33,816 nt of DNA from Candidatus Nitromaritima sp. (GTDB taxonomy: Bacteria; Nitrospinota; Nitrospinia; Nitrospinales; VA-1), in contig JBGTUV010000002.1 in the NCBI GenBank assembly GCA_041938985.1, positions 1 to 33,816 on the forward strand, written 5' to 3'. The position numbers were made by a program, and so were the translations under genes. The notes under the pieces were generated by a model. The model searched no databases. It was not told where the DNA came from and worked only from the letters and a program-made list of their open reading frames with translations. Below are positions 8,286 to 18,012 of the stretch, piece after piece; within the stretch, counting starts at the first letter, position 1; every line of letters begins with the position of its first letter.

Positions 8286-9369
8286 AAGGTTTGTCTGGTT
8301 TTGGATTAGGAATACTAATTTGAATTTCAGAGCAATTAGTTTCTGTTGCTGTTATGGTTAATGAGCCATTTAAAAGCTCAAGAATTGAATTCATCAGATA
8401 ATAACTCATATTGACCTGAGAGACATCTTCGCCTTGGTTCGGCCTAAAGACCTCTCCGTGTTCTTGCAATGTTAGATCGTGAATTAAATTATTAAATGTC
8501 ATGGTGATCCGAGCTCCTTGCGCAGTTGTTTGTACTCCAATTTTCAGGTGTCGCTTATCGCGGATATCGTCTCCAAAAGTATATCGGTTCACATACCTCA
8601 CAGCAGCGTTCAAGAGTCGTTCAATCAAGATCTTATTGGATCTAAAAGGATAAGCGGTATCGTAATCGAATTCCAACTTTAAATCTTTGAAAACGGGACA
8701 AGCCCCACAACCAATAGATAACTCCTCAAACATTTGGTCAAAATCTACGGTTTCGTCCAACTGATAGGTCTCCGTTAATATGGAGATCGTGGTTAGGTCC
8801 TCTAACAATTGTTTTCCGCCATTTAGGCTAGATTCCAACATGCCGATCAACTTGCTCGCTTCATGCCCTAAGGGTTCTTTTTTAATGAGCTTGATTAGTC
8901 CTTGCGCGAAAAAATAAGGCGCTTTTAAATTGTGATTACACTGGTATAAGAGTAGGTCTAGGGAGGTGGATTTTTTATGTAAATCAACTTCCAAGGCCCG
9001 TCTACGTGAAATATCTACCATCACAACGGTGTAAACGGGCCCGGAGATAGTATGCTGCGCGCGAAGTTCGAGTTCTAATGGGAACCGCGACCCATTTTTT
9101 TTCAATCCTGTGAACTCTTTAATCTCGCTATGGTCTACCCCCATAGACTTTTGCAGCATTTGCACTAACTCCTTCTCAGAAGTTGAATTCTTTTTCGTTT
9201 CTAAAAAATTGGCAAGTGGCTTTCCGATCGCTTCGGACCTAGTGTGTCCAAACTTGCGCGTAGCGCAGTCGTTCCATCTTGTAATTCTTCCCTGTTCGTC
9301 CAAAGACACCAGAACTACCACATTGCCAACTTCTAACAGACTTCTGTCACTGTAATCTTCTTGTCTCAT
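8203..9369 (-). CDS. PAS-domain sensor histidine kinase-like protein (atypical catalytic domain), cassette 2
   Basis: 388 aa, a paralog of 2649-3746. H-box NHNLKAPY. The G1/G2 boxes are even more degenerate than in cassette 1. The 3' end runs 83 nt into the receiver gene in another frame. Confidence 0.85.
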   Translation of the reverse strand: MRQEDYSDRSLLEVGNVVVLVSLDEQGRITRWNDCATRKFGHTRSEAIGKPLANFLETKKNSTSEKELVQMLQKSMGVDHSEIKEFTGLKKNGSRFPLELELRAQHTISGPVYTVVMVDISRRRALEVDLHKKSTSLDLLLYQCNHNLKAPYFFAQGLIKLIKKEPLGHEASKLIGMLESSLNGGKQLLEDLTTISILTETYQLDETVDFDQMFEELSIGCGACPVFKDLKLEFDYDTAYPFRSNKILIERLLNAAVRYVNRYTFGDDIRDKRHLKIGVQTTAQGARITMTFNNLIHDLTLQEHGEVFRPNQGEDVSQVNMSYYLMNSILELLNGSLTITATETNCSEIQISIPNPKPDKPYEEHRTYRIDRRQQNNPLFKQASDQVF

Positions 9370-9407
9370 AATCCATACCTCTTAAACATCGCAACAAAAA
9401 GTCTCGT

Positions 9408-9818
9408 TTAATAATTCGCCACATACTGATCGCAGAACTTTCTCGCTTCGAAGTACGAACTACAGATCTTATATGGAATGAGTGGATCGTAAATGCGCTT
9501 AAACGAACGCAAGGTTAAAATCGATCCTAACTCTTTAGCAACAAATACGTCTACCAAGCGCAATTTGTTCAGTCTAGAACAACTTGAAAAATACTTGGCA
9601 ATAGCTATTGGAGCATTTCCTTTGGCGCGGGTCATATCAATCAAAAACGGGGTGTATTTATTATCGCACAAAAACTCAATAGCTCTAACATATTGTTCTA
9701 ATTCATCGGGTGCAACATGATCAGAAACTTGACGCTCCGTAAAGGTGATCATCATAATTCCCTGTTCATGATTGAACTCGACTTGCTCGAAACTTATATG
9801 TTGTTTTAACGCACCCAT
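9408..9818 (-). CDS. small conserved hypothetical protein (possibly STAS/SpoIIAA-like fold), cassette 2
   Basis: Paralog of 3788-4183. The ORF is open to 9872, but alignment with the paralog supports the internal Met (MGALKQHISFEQVEF vs MNQAVVFEKAKF). The extra 18 codons coincide with a good -24/-12 promoter match. Confidence 0.65.
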   Translation of the reverse strand: MGALKQHISFEQVEFNHEQGIMMITFTERQVSDHVAPDELEQYVRAIEFLCDNKYTPFLIDMTRAKGNAPIAIAKYFSSCSRLNKLRLVDVFVAKELGSILTLRSFKRIYDPLIPYKICSSYFEARKFCDQYVANY

Positions 9819-9835
9819 AATGCTGAATATCCTTA

Positions 9836-9851
9836 TGCCATAGCCGTGCCA
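9836..9851 (-). promoter_or_regulatory. candidate sigma-54 -24/-12 promoter for the 9818-7854 operon
   Basis: The minus strand reads TGGCACGGCTATGGCA, against the consensus TGGCACG-N4-TTGCW. GG and GC are at the canonical spacing with one mismatch in the -12 box. It lies ~17 nt upstream of the ATG at 9818. Confidence 0.55.
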
Positions 9852-9940
9852 AACTACTTTAAATAAGTACATTGAACTTTATAATATATTGGTTTTCAGT
9901 ATTTTAAAAATTAAAAAAGAGGAAAAACCCTTAATCTGCA

Positions 9941-9957
9941 AGTAACGGTATTCCGTT
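9941..9957. promoter_or_regulatory. 17-nt repeat AGTAACGGTATTCCGTT containing an ACGG-N4-CCGT palindrome (copy 1)
   Basis: Identical 17-mer to 9981-9997. The core ACGGTATTCCGT is at 9945-9956. No adjacent T-tract on the minus strand, so it is not a classical terminator. Confidence 0.45.
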
Positions 9958-9980
9958 GGGAAAAATGAACAAGAGAAACG

Positions 9981-10000
9981 AGTAACGGTATTCCGTTACT
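9981..10000. promoter_or_regulatory. palindrome AGTAACGGTATTCCGTTACT abutting the activator stop codon (copy 2)
   Basis: 8-bp inverted repeat with core ACGGTATTCCGT at 9985-9996. Its centre is exactly 40 bp from copy 1. Confidence 0.45.
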
Positions 10001-13000
10001 TTATGCCGGGCGTTGTATATCGAGTTTTTTCATGCGATCGCGCAAGGTACTCGGTTTCAATTGGAGTAACTTGGCTGCACCCTGTTCGCCATTGATCTTC
10101 CATTGGCATTGTTCAAGGGCTTTAAGAATATGTGCTCGCTGCGCTTCATCTAAAGACAAGCCTCCGCTGTGCTGGTTCAGGCTGCGTGTTTTATCCAAAT
10201 TGTCTCCTGGAGTCTCGAACTCCGGAATTCGCAAGGTCTCTGAATTCGACAAGATCACAGCACGCTCCACAAGGTTCTCCAGCTCTCTAACATTACCTGG
10301 CCAAGCATACTCCTTGAGCTTACGCATGACTGAATCTGAAATGAATTGAATCTCTTTGTGGTATTTGGCACTGAACCTATCTACAAAGTGCTGTATAAGC
10401 ACCGGAATATCATCGACGCGCTCTCTTAGCGGCGGCACTTGTATTGGGAATACATTGAGCCTAAAGAAAAGATCTTCTCTAAAGCGTTTTTTCTCAACTT
10501 CTTCCTTGAGATCTCTATTTGTGGCAGCTATGACTCGAACATCTACTTTTGTCGTCTTAGGGTCGCCGATCATTTCGAGTTCTCCTTCTTGGAGGAATCG
10601 CAAGAGCTTGGGCTGCATATCTAGTGGCAGCTCCCCTATTTCGTCTAAAAACAGTGTTCCGCCGTCTGCAAGTTGAACCTTACCTAGCTTATCGGCTATG
10701 GCTCCTGTAAACGATCCTTTCTTATGTCCGAAGAGCTCACTTTCAATGAGCTCTCTTGGAATGGCTCCGCAGTTTACCTTAATAAAAGGTTGCTCTCGCC
10801 TATTACTCAAATTGTGCACCGCGCGCGCCAAAAGTTCTTTACCAGTACCACTTTCACCCAATAAAAGCACTGAGGCCGTGGTTGGGGCCACTTGCTCCAA
10901 GTTTGTAAGTACATCGCTAAAACCAGCACTTGCGTAGACCATTTCTTCGAAATTAAAGGTCATGTCTAGCTCCTTTCGCAGATAAACGTTTTGATCTTCC
11001 AGCTGTGTTTTAAGATTATTGAGCTCCTTCACAGTCTGAGACAATTCTTTGTTAACTTCAAGGAGCTTTTTTTCGGCTTTCATGCGCTGTTCACTCTGAA
11101 TGATCAAAGAGACCAAACTTGCTACCGAGGTCGCAAAATGTTCTTCTTCACTACCCCAAATACGCATGGGCCCAACATGTTCAAAAACTATGATGCCATT
11201 ATCTTCATCGTGCCCTTGGATAAACACATCCATCCAAGAAGTAATGCCATTGGGTTCTAAATATACCTCACTGAAACTCTTGGTGAATTTATGCTCCCGA
11301 GCATTGGTCACTGCAATGGTCTTATGATGATTTAAGGAATCAAAATATTCCGGATGGTCTTTTGCTAGAAACACTGTCTGATTTGTGTGCTTTCCGGTTC
11401 GCTTATCGTAAAGGTCTTTGCATTTCATGCTAGACCAATCTTTGTTGAGCACCCAATAACTTACCCTATCCACTCCAAGTACTTCTGCAGTCAGAGAAGT
11501 AATGCGTTTTAAAGCATTTTCGTAGTTGCTCCCAACAAGTCCAGCTAATTCCAAAATTGCCTCTTTTTTTCTGATGGAATTCTCTGTGAGTCTGCGTTGG
11601 CTTTCAATGAGTCTCACCTGATCTGAAATATCTTGAATGGTACAGAAATGAGCAATTACCAATCCTTCTTTATCGCGAATGATCTGATTGTGGACAGAGA
11701 CAGGGAATGTACTTCCGTCTTTTCTTTTGAACTCAGACTCAAAACCAGAAAACCCTCTTCCTTTTAAAACATTTTCTGCACAAGACTTGAATTCTTTAAT
11801 TGCCTGTGGCGTTAAAAATCCGAATGGCAAAACAGCTCCTGCCAGCTCATCGGCATCATAGCCAACCATCCTGCAGAAGGCTGGATTAACATCGATAATA
11901 ACCGATTCCATATCCATTACCAAAAGACCTTCGTGTAGTGAATTGATCAAAGATTCCGAAAACTCATTGGCCAGTTTGAGCTTGTTCTCAAATTCAAAAC
12001 TGTCGGTGATATCAGAAATGGAACCCACATGAGCAGTTATTTCCCCTTTTTCGTCTCTCAAATGAGTGACAGACACCAAGGCCGGAAAACGCTCACCGTT
12101 CTTACGCATAAAGGTAAGACGCGCAGCCTTGTTGGATTTGTCCATGATATTCGTAAAGGAAGTAATGATCTCGTCCATATGCTCTGGTGGCCAATATGGA
12201 TATGGCGGACTAATTCCAATAATTTCTTCACGATCAAAGCCGATCATCTTTAAAAATGCAGGATTAGCATCTAAAAACTTACCAAGCGGGTCAATTACAA
12301 TGAGACCCTCTTGAAGACCATTGATGACTCGAGCACTGAATTCTCTTTCGCTTTCGAGTTGTTTCTGAGACTTAGAAAGAGCAGATCTGTCGCGCACCAC
12401 AGTAACCACTGAGGTTACCTCGCCCTCATCATCCTTTATCGTAGAGATAGAAATAGACACAGGAAACGGTGTTCCATTCTTGTGAAAAAAGGTAGCTTCA
12501 AAAGAAGGTCGATCTTCTTGGGAATTAGTAGTTCTGAGGTCAACCAGTTCTTCAAAGAATTCTGGAGGCCAGTGATAGGGAGGAATAGTTCCGAGTATTT
12601 CATCGCGTTCTATCCCTGTCATTTTAAGGTAAGCCTCGTTGACGTCGACCACCTTGGTCTCCTTATCGGTGATCACCACACCATCTTTTAGGCCGTGAAT
12701 GAATTGCTGATAAAAACGATGTTCTTCTCCAAATAGGTCAATAATGTCTTGGCGAGACAGATCACGACTCACTTTTACAAATACGTAATCCGGATCTTTG
12801 GTCGGAAAGATCTCTAAGCGCACAAATTCTTGCGCTCCATTCTTATACGTGAGCGAAAGAAGCTTATTTAAATAACTGGCAATATTGGAAACGGCATTAG
12901 AGAATTGAACCTGCTGGCACTCATTGAGCGCTTCTAATAAGGTCCACTGTCCCTTTAGCAGTTCATCTTCCGAATAGCCGGTTAAGTTTTCAAAACATGA

Positions 13001-13102
13001 ATTTACGGCTAATATCTCTGCCGATTTTTTAGAGAGGACCAACTTTGGGCCGTCTTTACTGTAGAATTGATCTCTTTGAGCCTTATTAATAAAATAGGGC
13101 AT
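10001..13102 (-). CDS. sigma-54-dependent transcriptional activator with multi-PAS and GAF sensory region, cassette 2
   Basis: 1033 aa, collinear with 4367-7510 over the full length. Shared motifs include [57 protein letters not shown] and the C-terminal [16 protein letters not shown]. Confidence 0.92.
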   Translation of the reverse strand: MPYFINKAQRDQFYSKDGPKLVLSKKSAEILAVNSCFENLTGYSEDELLKGQWTLLEALNECQQVQFSNAVSNIASYLNKLLSLTYKNGAQEFVRLEIFPTKDPDYVFVKVSRDLSRQDIIDLFGEEHRFYQQFIHGLKDGVVITDKETKVVDVNEAYLKMTGIERDEILGTIPPYHWPPEFFEELVDLRTTNSQEDRPSFEATFFHKNGTPFPVSISISTIKDDEGEVTSVVTVVRDRSALSKSQKQLESEREFSARVINGLQEGLIVIDPLGKFLDANPAFLKMIGFDREEIIGISPPYPYWPPEHMDEIITSFTNIMDKSNKAARLTFMRKNGERFPALVSVTHLRDEKGEITAHVGSISDITDSFEFENKLKLANEFSESLINSLHEGLLVMDMESVIIDVNPAFCRMVGYDADELAGAVLPFGFLTPQAIKEFKSCAENVLKGRGFSGFESEFKRKDGSTFPVSVHNQIIRDKEGLVIAHFCTIQDISDQVRLIESQRRLTENSIRKKEAILELAGLVGSNYENALKRITSLTAEVLGVDRVSYWVLNKDWSSMKCKDLYDKRTGKHTNQTVFLAKDHPEYFDSLNHHKTIAVTNAREHKFTKSFSEVYLEPNGITSWMDVFIQGHDEDNGIIVFEHVGPMRIWGSEEEHFATSVASLVSLIIQSEQRMKAEKKLLEVNKELSQTVKELNNLKTQLEDQNVYLRKELDMTFNFEEMVYASAGFSDVLTNLEQVAPTTASVLLLGESGTGKELLARAVHNLSNRREQPFIKVNCGAIPRELIESELFGHKKGSFTGAIADKLGKVQLADGGTLFLDEIGELPLDMQPKLLRFLQEGELEMIGDPKTTKVDVRVIAATNRDLKEEVEKKRFREDLFFRLNVFPIQVPPLRERVDDIPVLIQHFVDRFSAKYHKEIQFISDSVMRKLKEYAWPGNVRELENLVERAVILSNSETLRIPEFETPGDNLDKTRSLNQHSGGLSLDEAQRAHILKALEQCQWKINGEQGAAKLLQLKPSTLRDRMKKLDIQRPA

Positions 13103-13462
13103 AGCTCTTGTTGTTTGGTTATTCTGACCGAAGTCAATTCATCTCCTTTTAAAAGGGGGTAACCACAGCTGAAATTCTGGCGAAACCTTAGGTTTCAATC
13201 CTTGAATAACGATTAATCAAGCAAAGATCAAATGGCTTTTAGGGGATGAATATGTTTCCTAAAAATAAGGTTTTCTAAGTAAATGAAAAGTACAATCCCA
13301 CAGACACTCACTATCAGAGTGTTAACTTTAACATTTTCACAACAGTTTGAAGAGTCTTCTACTTAGAGATTGGCCCAAATCAGCATATACAGAAAATGAT
13401 GAGATTACAAAGGTCTAAAAGCTCACAAAGCATGGAATACTCTGCTATTGACAATCTACTTC

Positions 13463-13494
13463 AAACAAAAAAAGCCCATCCAAAAGGATAAGCT
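13463..13494 (-). terminator. possible intrinsic terminator of the RND operon
   Basis: Imperfect stem AGCCCATCC/GGATAAGCT (2 mismatches) at 13473-13494. On the minus strand it is followed by TTTTTTTGTTTG. It lies ~150 nt downstream of the TolC-like stop. Confidence 0.4.
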
Positions 13495-13646
13495 CTTCAT
13501 CGGTCTAATTTGACCACTTCGACCGGTTTAACGGTCTTACACAACGCGGCAAATATACGGACCTTGAAGGGATCTAGCAAACTAATATTTCGTTTTGTTT
13601 TTAACCGATTTGATAGGCAAACTCGAAATCACCTTATTCGGACGTA

Positions 13647-14999
13647 TTAATCGAAAGCTAATGGAAGACCTATTAAAAACTCCAAATACTTCTTCTTTAT
13701 GACCAGTTCGTACTTTGCTCGTATTTCCTCGCTCTGAGCGCGGGCCAATTTGGATTTACTTTCTAAAAAGTCATGACTGGTAAAATTACCCCTTTCATAA
13801 TTGCGAGTAATTATACGAAAGGCCTCCAACTGTGCCTCAAGACCTCTGGCAGTAGCTTCTTTCCCCGCAATTGCCGCCTCAATATCATTTAATGCAATAG
13901 AGATCCGGTTCTTTAGCTCCTTCTTTTGGTTCTCATAAACTTTCTGATTGATGTCAAAATCGATCATTGCCTTTTTTACGGCCGACCTGCCTCTTAAGCG
14001 ATCGAAAATTGGAACCGAAGCCGTAAATCCTATAAAATTGATCTTGTTATTGTCGAGTTGTGTCCAAAAATCGTTGTTGATAAAGGTTCCCGTATCTGGA
14101 TTAAAGATAACATCGTCTTGCCCTAAAATCCCAAAGTAAAAAGTACTAAAGTTATAGTTAAAGCTGAGCTGAGGGTAAAAAGAAGAACGCTCTATACGCA
14201 CCTGTTTCTCGCTTATTTGAGTTTGCAGCTCTGACGATCGCAAAATTGGATTGTTCCGCACTGCCTGGTCAAAGAGTTGATCAGGAGTATCAGACAATAA
14301 CGTACCATCCTCAACCTGATCAAGCGGTGAGATGTCAAAATCTACTATATCCTCAATATCGAGAAGCTCTTTTAGACGTATTAAACTATTGTCTACATTG
14401 GTCTGCGCAAGAATAGCTTCCTTGTAGTCTAACGAATTTGTCGATTGAAACTCCAATAGTTCACTTTTTGAGACCAAACCCTTATCAAACAGTGCTTGTA
14501 ATCTAATTATTTGCTTATCGCTAATTTCTTGCTGTTCTTTGGCTACTTCTAATATTTCCTTATTCAACAATACCTCCAAATAAAGATCTGTTATTTGCAA
14601 AACCGTCTCATAGATTATTCTTTCCGACTCCGCAAGGCCCTTTTGTTGAATTAGCTCGGCCTGCTGAATACTGACATTTTTTCTAAAGCCGTTAAATAAG
14701 ACCAATGTAGAGTTAAGGCTAAAGTTAGAGGAGCGACTTTCTTGTTGCCCGATTCCTGTTGAAACATCGAAAGAACTGCCCAATCTATAGCTTTGAGAAG
14801 CATTAAAGTTCAAATCTGGAAAACGATCGAGCTTTGCTGCAGTAAGGTCTTGTTCATTCTTTAGATTCTCCAACTTTTGGGCAACTACATCAATATTGTT
14901 CTCCCGGGCATGCGCAATACAGCGTTCCAGAGACCATAATTGCTGGCCATAGCTTAATCCAAAAGCCATACAAGACACGATAAGTACCAGGTTTTTCAT
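13647..14999 (-). CDS. TolC-family outer membrane efflux protein
   Basis: 450 aa with a signal peptide. The N-terminus is typical of Bacteroidota outer-membrane factors (LWSLERCIAHARENNIDV). Repeated coiled-coil-rich halves are present. There is a 4-nt overlap with the upstream RND permease gene. Confidence 0.85.
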   Translation of the reverse strand: MKNLVLIVSCMAFGLSYGQQLWSLERCIAHARENNIDVVAQKLENLKNEQDLTAAKLDRFPDLNFNASQSYRLGSSFDVSTGIGQQESRSSNFSLNSTLVLFNGFRKNVSIQQAELIQQKGLAESERIIYETVLQITDLYLEVLLNKEILEVAKEQQEISDKQIIRLQALFDKGLVSKSELLEFQSTNSLDYKEAILAQTNVDNSLIRLKELLDIEDIVDFDISPLDQVEDGTLLSDTPDQLFDQAVRNNPILRSSELQTQISEKQVRIERSSFYPQLSFNYNFSTFYFGILGQDDVIFNPDTGTFINNDFWTQLDNNKINFIGFTASVPIFDRLRGRSAVKKAMIDFDINQKVYENQKKELKNRISIALNDIEAAIAGKEATARGLEAQLEAFRIITRNYERGNFTSHDFLESKSKLARAQSEEIRAKYELVIKKKYLEFLIGLPLAFD

Positions 15000-17900
15000 C
15001 TCTTAAGTTTTGCAAACTGCATATATAGCAGTGGTATTAAGTACAAGCTAATGAAGGTTCCGATTAACATTCCTCCTATCACTGTCAAAGCAAGAGGACG
15101 CTGTAAAAGACCTCCCAATCCATCGATAAACAGAAATGGTACTAAGGCCAAAATAGTGGTAAGTGAAGTCATGACTATGGGTTTCAAACGTAGCTTACTA
15201 CCTTCTTTCACTGCCTCCTCTAGTGGTTTACCTTCTTTTCGCAAAAGGTTAATGGTGTGGATTTTTAATATACTATCGTTAATAATTATGCCGCTCATAA
15301 CCACAATCCCTATCATGGACATTAAATTTATAGTTCCCCCAAAAAGCCATAATAATAATAGGGCTCCACCAATATCGATTGGAACCTCTAGGATAATGAT
15401 CAGGGGTTGCCAAAAGGATTCGAACTGAGCAGCCATTATCAAGTATAAAAGCAGCAATGAGACCGTTATAACAACGGCCAATTCCCCGGCTAATTCTTGT
15501 TTATAGAACCAATTACCATCAAACTTTATATCATAGGGACTAGGCTTAAACCGCTCACGAATTAAATCCATCTGCCTCTCGACATCATTAGGTGAGTTCA
15601 TCTCAAACTCTAAATATTCTCCAATTCTAGAACCGATTATAGACCTGTATTGATTGTCGTTTCTAACCTCGATAAGGTTGCTTACCGCAATCTGTTTCCC
15701 TTCTTCATTCATAACAAAAAGATCGCTAAAAATGGATTCAAAATTGTCAGCTTGGTATACTAGATTGATAGGAATGAAGGACTCAGCCGTCTTGAGATCG
15801 TCTATAAAGTTCTCTCCCAAGGTGGTTTTTAGCTCGGAAAGCAGATCGGCATAATCAACCTTATATAAGAGCAGATTTTCGTGCAGTATTTCTATAGCCA
15901 CAGTTACTTTAGTAGGTATTTCAGAGCTAGTAGTATTACCGAAGAGAACAGCAATATCAGGCAACTCCTTTACTTGAGGCACTTCTAGGGATGATTTAGG
16001 GTACACCTTGGCTATTAGCTCTCTATTATCAGAACCAAAAATATACTCAAATGCTGTCTTTGGTTTACTAAAGCCAAAATTAGCCTTGGGATATTGTTGA
16101 CTCAGTTTCTCTGCAAGTTGTCGTTGACTCCGTTTTATCTTTGCATTGGTCCCTGCATTTAAATAAATCCTGGCCTCTGATGGACTTTTAACCAGCTCTG
16201 ACTGCAACAAATATTGGGTTTCGCCGATTTCCGCAAATTGGGTCTGAATATCATCAACTCCGGAGATCAGGCTTGCAATACGAACCTGACTCTCCTGTAA
16301 ATTTACGGGCTCATTCCAGTCAATAGTCAATTGAGCTTCACCTTGTTCCAAATCTGGCAGCTGCTCGTAACTAATAAGTTGAAAGAACAGCAGTGCGCAC
16401 ACGATACCCACCAAAGAAACCAAGTATACAACCCAAGGTGATTTTGAGAAGTACGCATATCCCTTCACATACATATTCTCCAATCCATTATTCTGCAAGC
16501 GACCCTTTAACCAACGATCGAATCCAAACTCCCTATGGTAAAGTTGCTTGTACAAAACTGGTATAATAAGAATTGAAACCACAAGGGAACTCCCTAGACC
16601 GAGTGAAACAGCAATAGCCTGATCATAGAACAGAGCTCCGGTTATCCCGCTTAAAAAGATAAGAGGCAAAAACACGGAACAAGTTGTAAGAACAGAGCTT
16701 ATTAAAGGAGAAATGATCTCATTGGTACCTTTAACACACGCCTCTGATATCGAGTGGTCATTTTCTAGTTTTTGAGCGATATTATCTGCAACAATAATGG
16801 CATTATCTATCATCATTCCAATGCCGAGAATTAGACCCGACAACGATATAATGTTTACCGAAAGCCCCAAAACATACATTAACAATAAGCTCAAAACTAG
16901 GGACAAGGGTATTGCAATGGCAATGATTAATGGAGATTTTAAGTCCTTTAAAAAGAAGAACAGGATCAAAATTGCGAATAAACCTCCCAGTAGCAGACTG
17001 GATTTTAGGTTATCGATTGAAAGTTTTAACAATCTGGATTGATCTTGATTAGTTTTAAACTGCAACTCAGGATAATCTGCTCTTAACGTCTGCAAAAGCA
17101 AATCCAGCTCTTCTTGCACCTTGTAAACCTGGGTTTCGGCTTGTTTGATGATCGCGAAATTTATACTACGCTGCCCGTCTACGAATACATTGCCCTTCTC
17201 GCGCTGAATCCCCATCTCTATGTCCGCCAATTCCTGCATCTGAAACAATTTGCCCTCTAAATTCAAGTAGAGTGATCTTATATCATCAACATCTCGAAGT
17301 GGATTGGTAAAGCTAAAATTGTATTGATAAATTCCATTCTGGATCACCAAATTCCCCTGGTCAAAATTGTTCTGCTTTATCGCCTCTATTAAAGTATTAT
17401 TGGTAATACCCAGAGACCTAAGTTTGTCAAGCTTCGGACGTATACGCACCTCATTCTTTACTTGACCATTAATATCTGCAAAAGCAATATCCGGAAGTTG
17501 TTCCAAGCGCTTCTTAAGTACCGTTTCTGCAAACAAACTCAGTTCTAAAAAGTCTAGTTTCGTAAAACCATCTTTCAAACTCACTGATAGATTTACAATA
17601 GGAACATCTGTCAGTGAAGCTTTGACAACCCTGGGACGGTCAAGGTCCCGAGGTAAGACATTAAGTGAAGCATCTACTTTTTCATTAGCCTCAACAAAGG
17701 CATAATCGGTATTCGTGCCATAGTCGAACTGTAATTTTAAAGTCGCAAATCCATCCCTGGTCTCACTTCGGATATCCTTTAAATTGCTCAGCTGCAATAA
17801 GCTGTTACGCAAAGGCCTGACTACGTTGGTCTCTAATTCTCTGGCGGTACTGTTAGGATATGCAAGTTGAACGCTAATCTCTGGTACTGCGATATCTGGC

Positions 17901-18004
17901 ATTAATGATGTAGGTATCTGAATGGCCGAAACGACTCCTAAGACAATAAATGCCATAGAAATCATCAGCACTGCAACCGGTCGATCTATTAGGAACTTGA
18001 CCAT
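14996..18004 (-). CDS. RND efflux transporter permease subunit (AcrB/CzcA superfamily)
   Basis: 1002 aa. N-terminus FLIDRPVAVLMISMAFIVLG. Two large periplasmic loops alternate with clusters of TM helices. A TM4-like motif GIGMMIDNAIIVADNI is present. Confidence 0.9.
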   Translation of the reverse strand: MVKFLIDRPVAVLMISMAFIVLGVVSAIQIPTSLMPDIAVPEISVQLAYPNSTARELETNVVRPLRNSLLQLSNLKDIRSETRDGFATLKLQFDYGTNTDYAFVEANEKVDASLNVLPRDLDRPRVVKASLTDVPIVNLSVSLKDGFTKLDFLELSLFAETVLKKRLEQLPDIAFADINGQVKNEVRIRPKLDKLRSLGITNNTLIEAIKQNNFDQGNLVIQNGIYQYNFSFTNPLRDVDDIRSLYLNLEGKLFQMQELADIEMGIQREKGNVFVDGQRSINFAIIKQAETQVYKVQEELDLLLQTLRADYPELQFKTNQDQSRLLKLSIDNLKSSLLLGGLFAILILFFFLKDLKSPLIIAIAIPLSLVLSLLLMYVLGLSVNIISLSGLILGIGMMIDNAIIVADNIAQKLENDHSISEACVKGTNEIISPLISSVLTTCSVFLPLIFLSGITGALFYDQAIAVSLGLGSSLVVSILIIPVLYKQLYHREFGFDRWLKGRLQNNGLENMYVKGYAYFSKSPWVVYLVSLVGIVCALLFFQLISYEQLPDLEQGEAQLTIDWNEPVNLQESQVRIASLISGVDDIQTQFAEIGETQYLLQSELVKSPSEARIYLNAGTNAKIKRSQRQLAEKLSQQYPKANFGFSKPKTAFEYIFGSDNRELIAKVYPKSSLEVPQVKELPDIAVLFGNTTSSEIPTKVTVAIEILHENLLLYKVDYADLLSELKTTLGENFIDDLKTAESFIPINLVYQADNFESIFSDLFVMNEEGKQIAVSNLIEVRNDNQYRSIIGSRIGEYLEFEMNSPNDVERQMDLIRERFKPSPYDIKFDGNWFYKQELAGELAVVITVSLLLLYLIMAAQFESFWQPLIIILEVPIDIGGALLLLWLFGGTINLMSMIGIVVMSGIIINDSILKIHTINLLRKEGKPLEEAVKEGSKLRLKPIVMTSLTTILALVPFLFIDGLGGLLQRPLALTVIGGMLIGTFISLYLIPLLYMQFAKLKR

Positions 18005-18012
18005 AGCAAATA

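Noticed and set aside
2222-13102. Mobile-element-mediated origin of the cassette duplication
   Set aside because: No transposase, integrase, inverted terminal repeats or direct-repeat junctions were seen at the cassette boundaries (2141-2221, 7511-7853, 13103-13646). The intergenic regions flanking the two copies are not similar.
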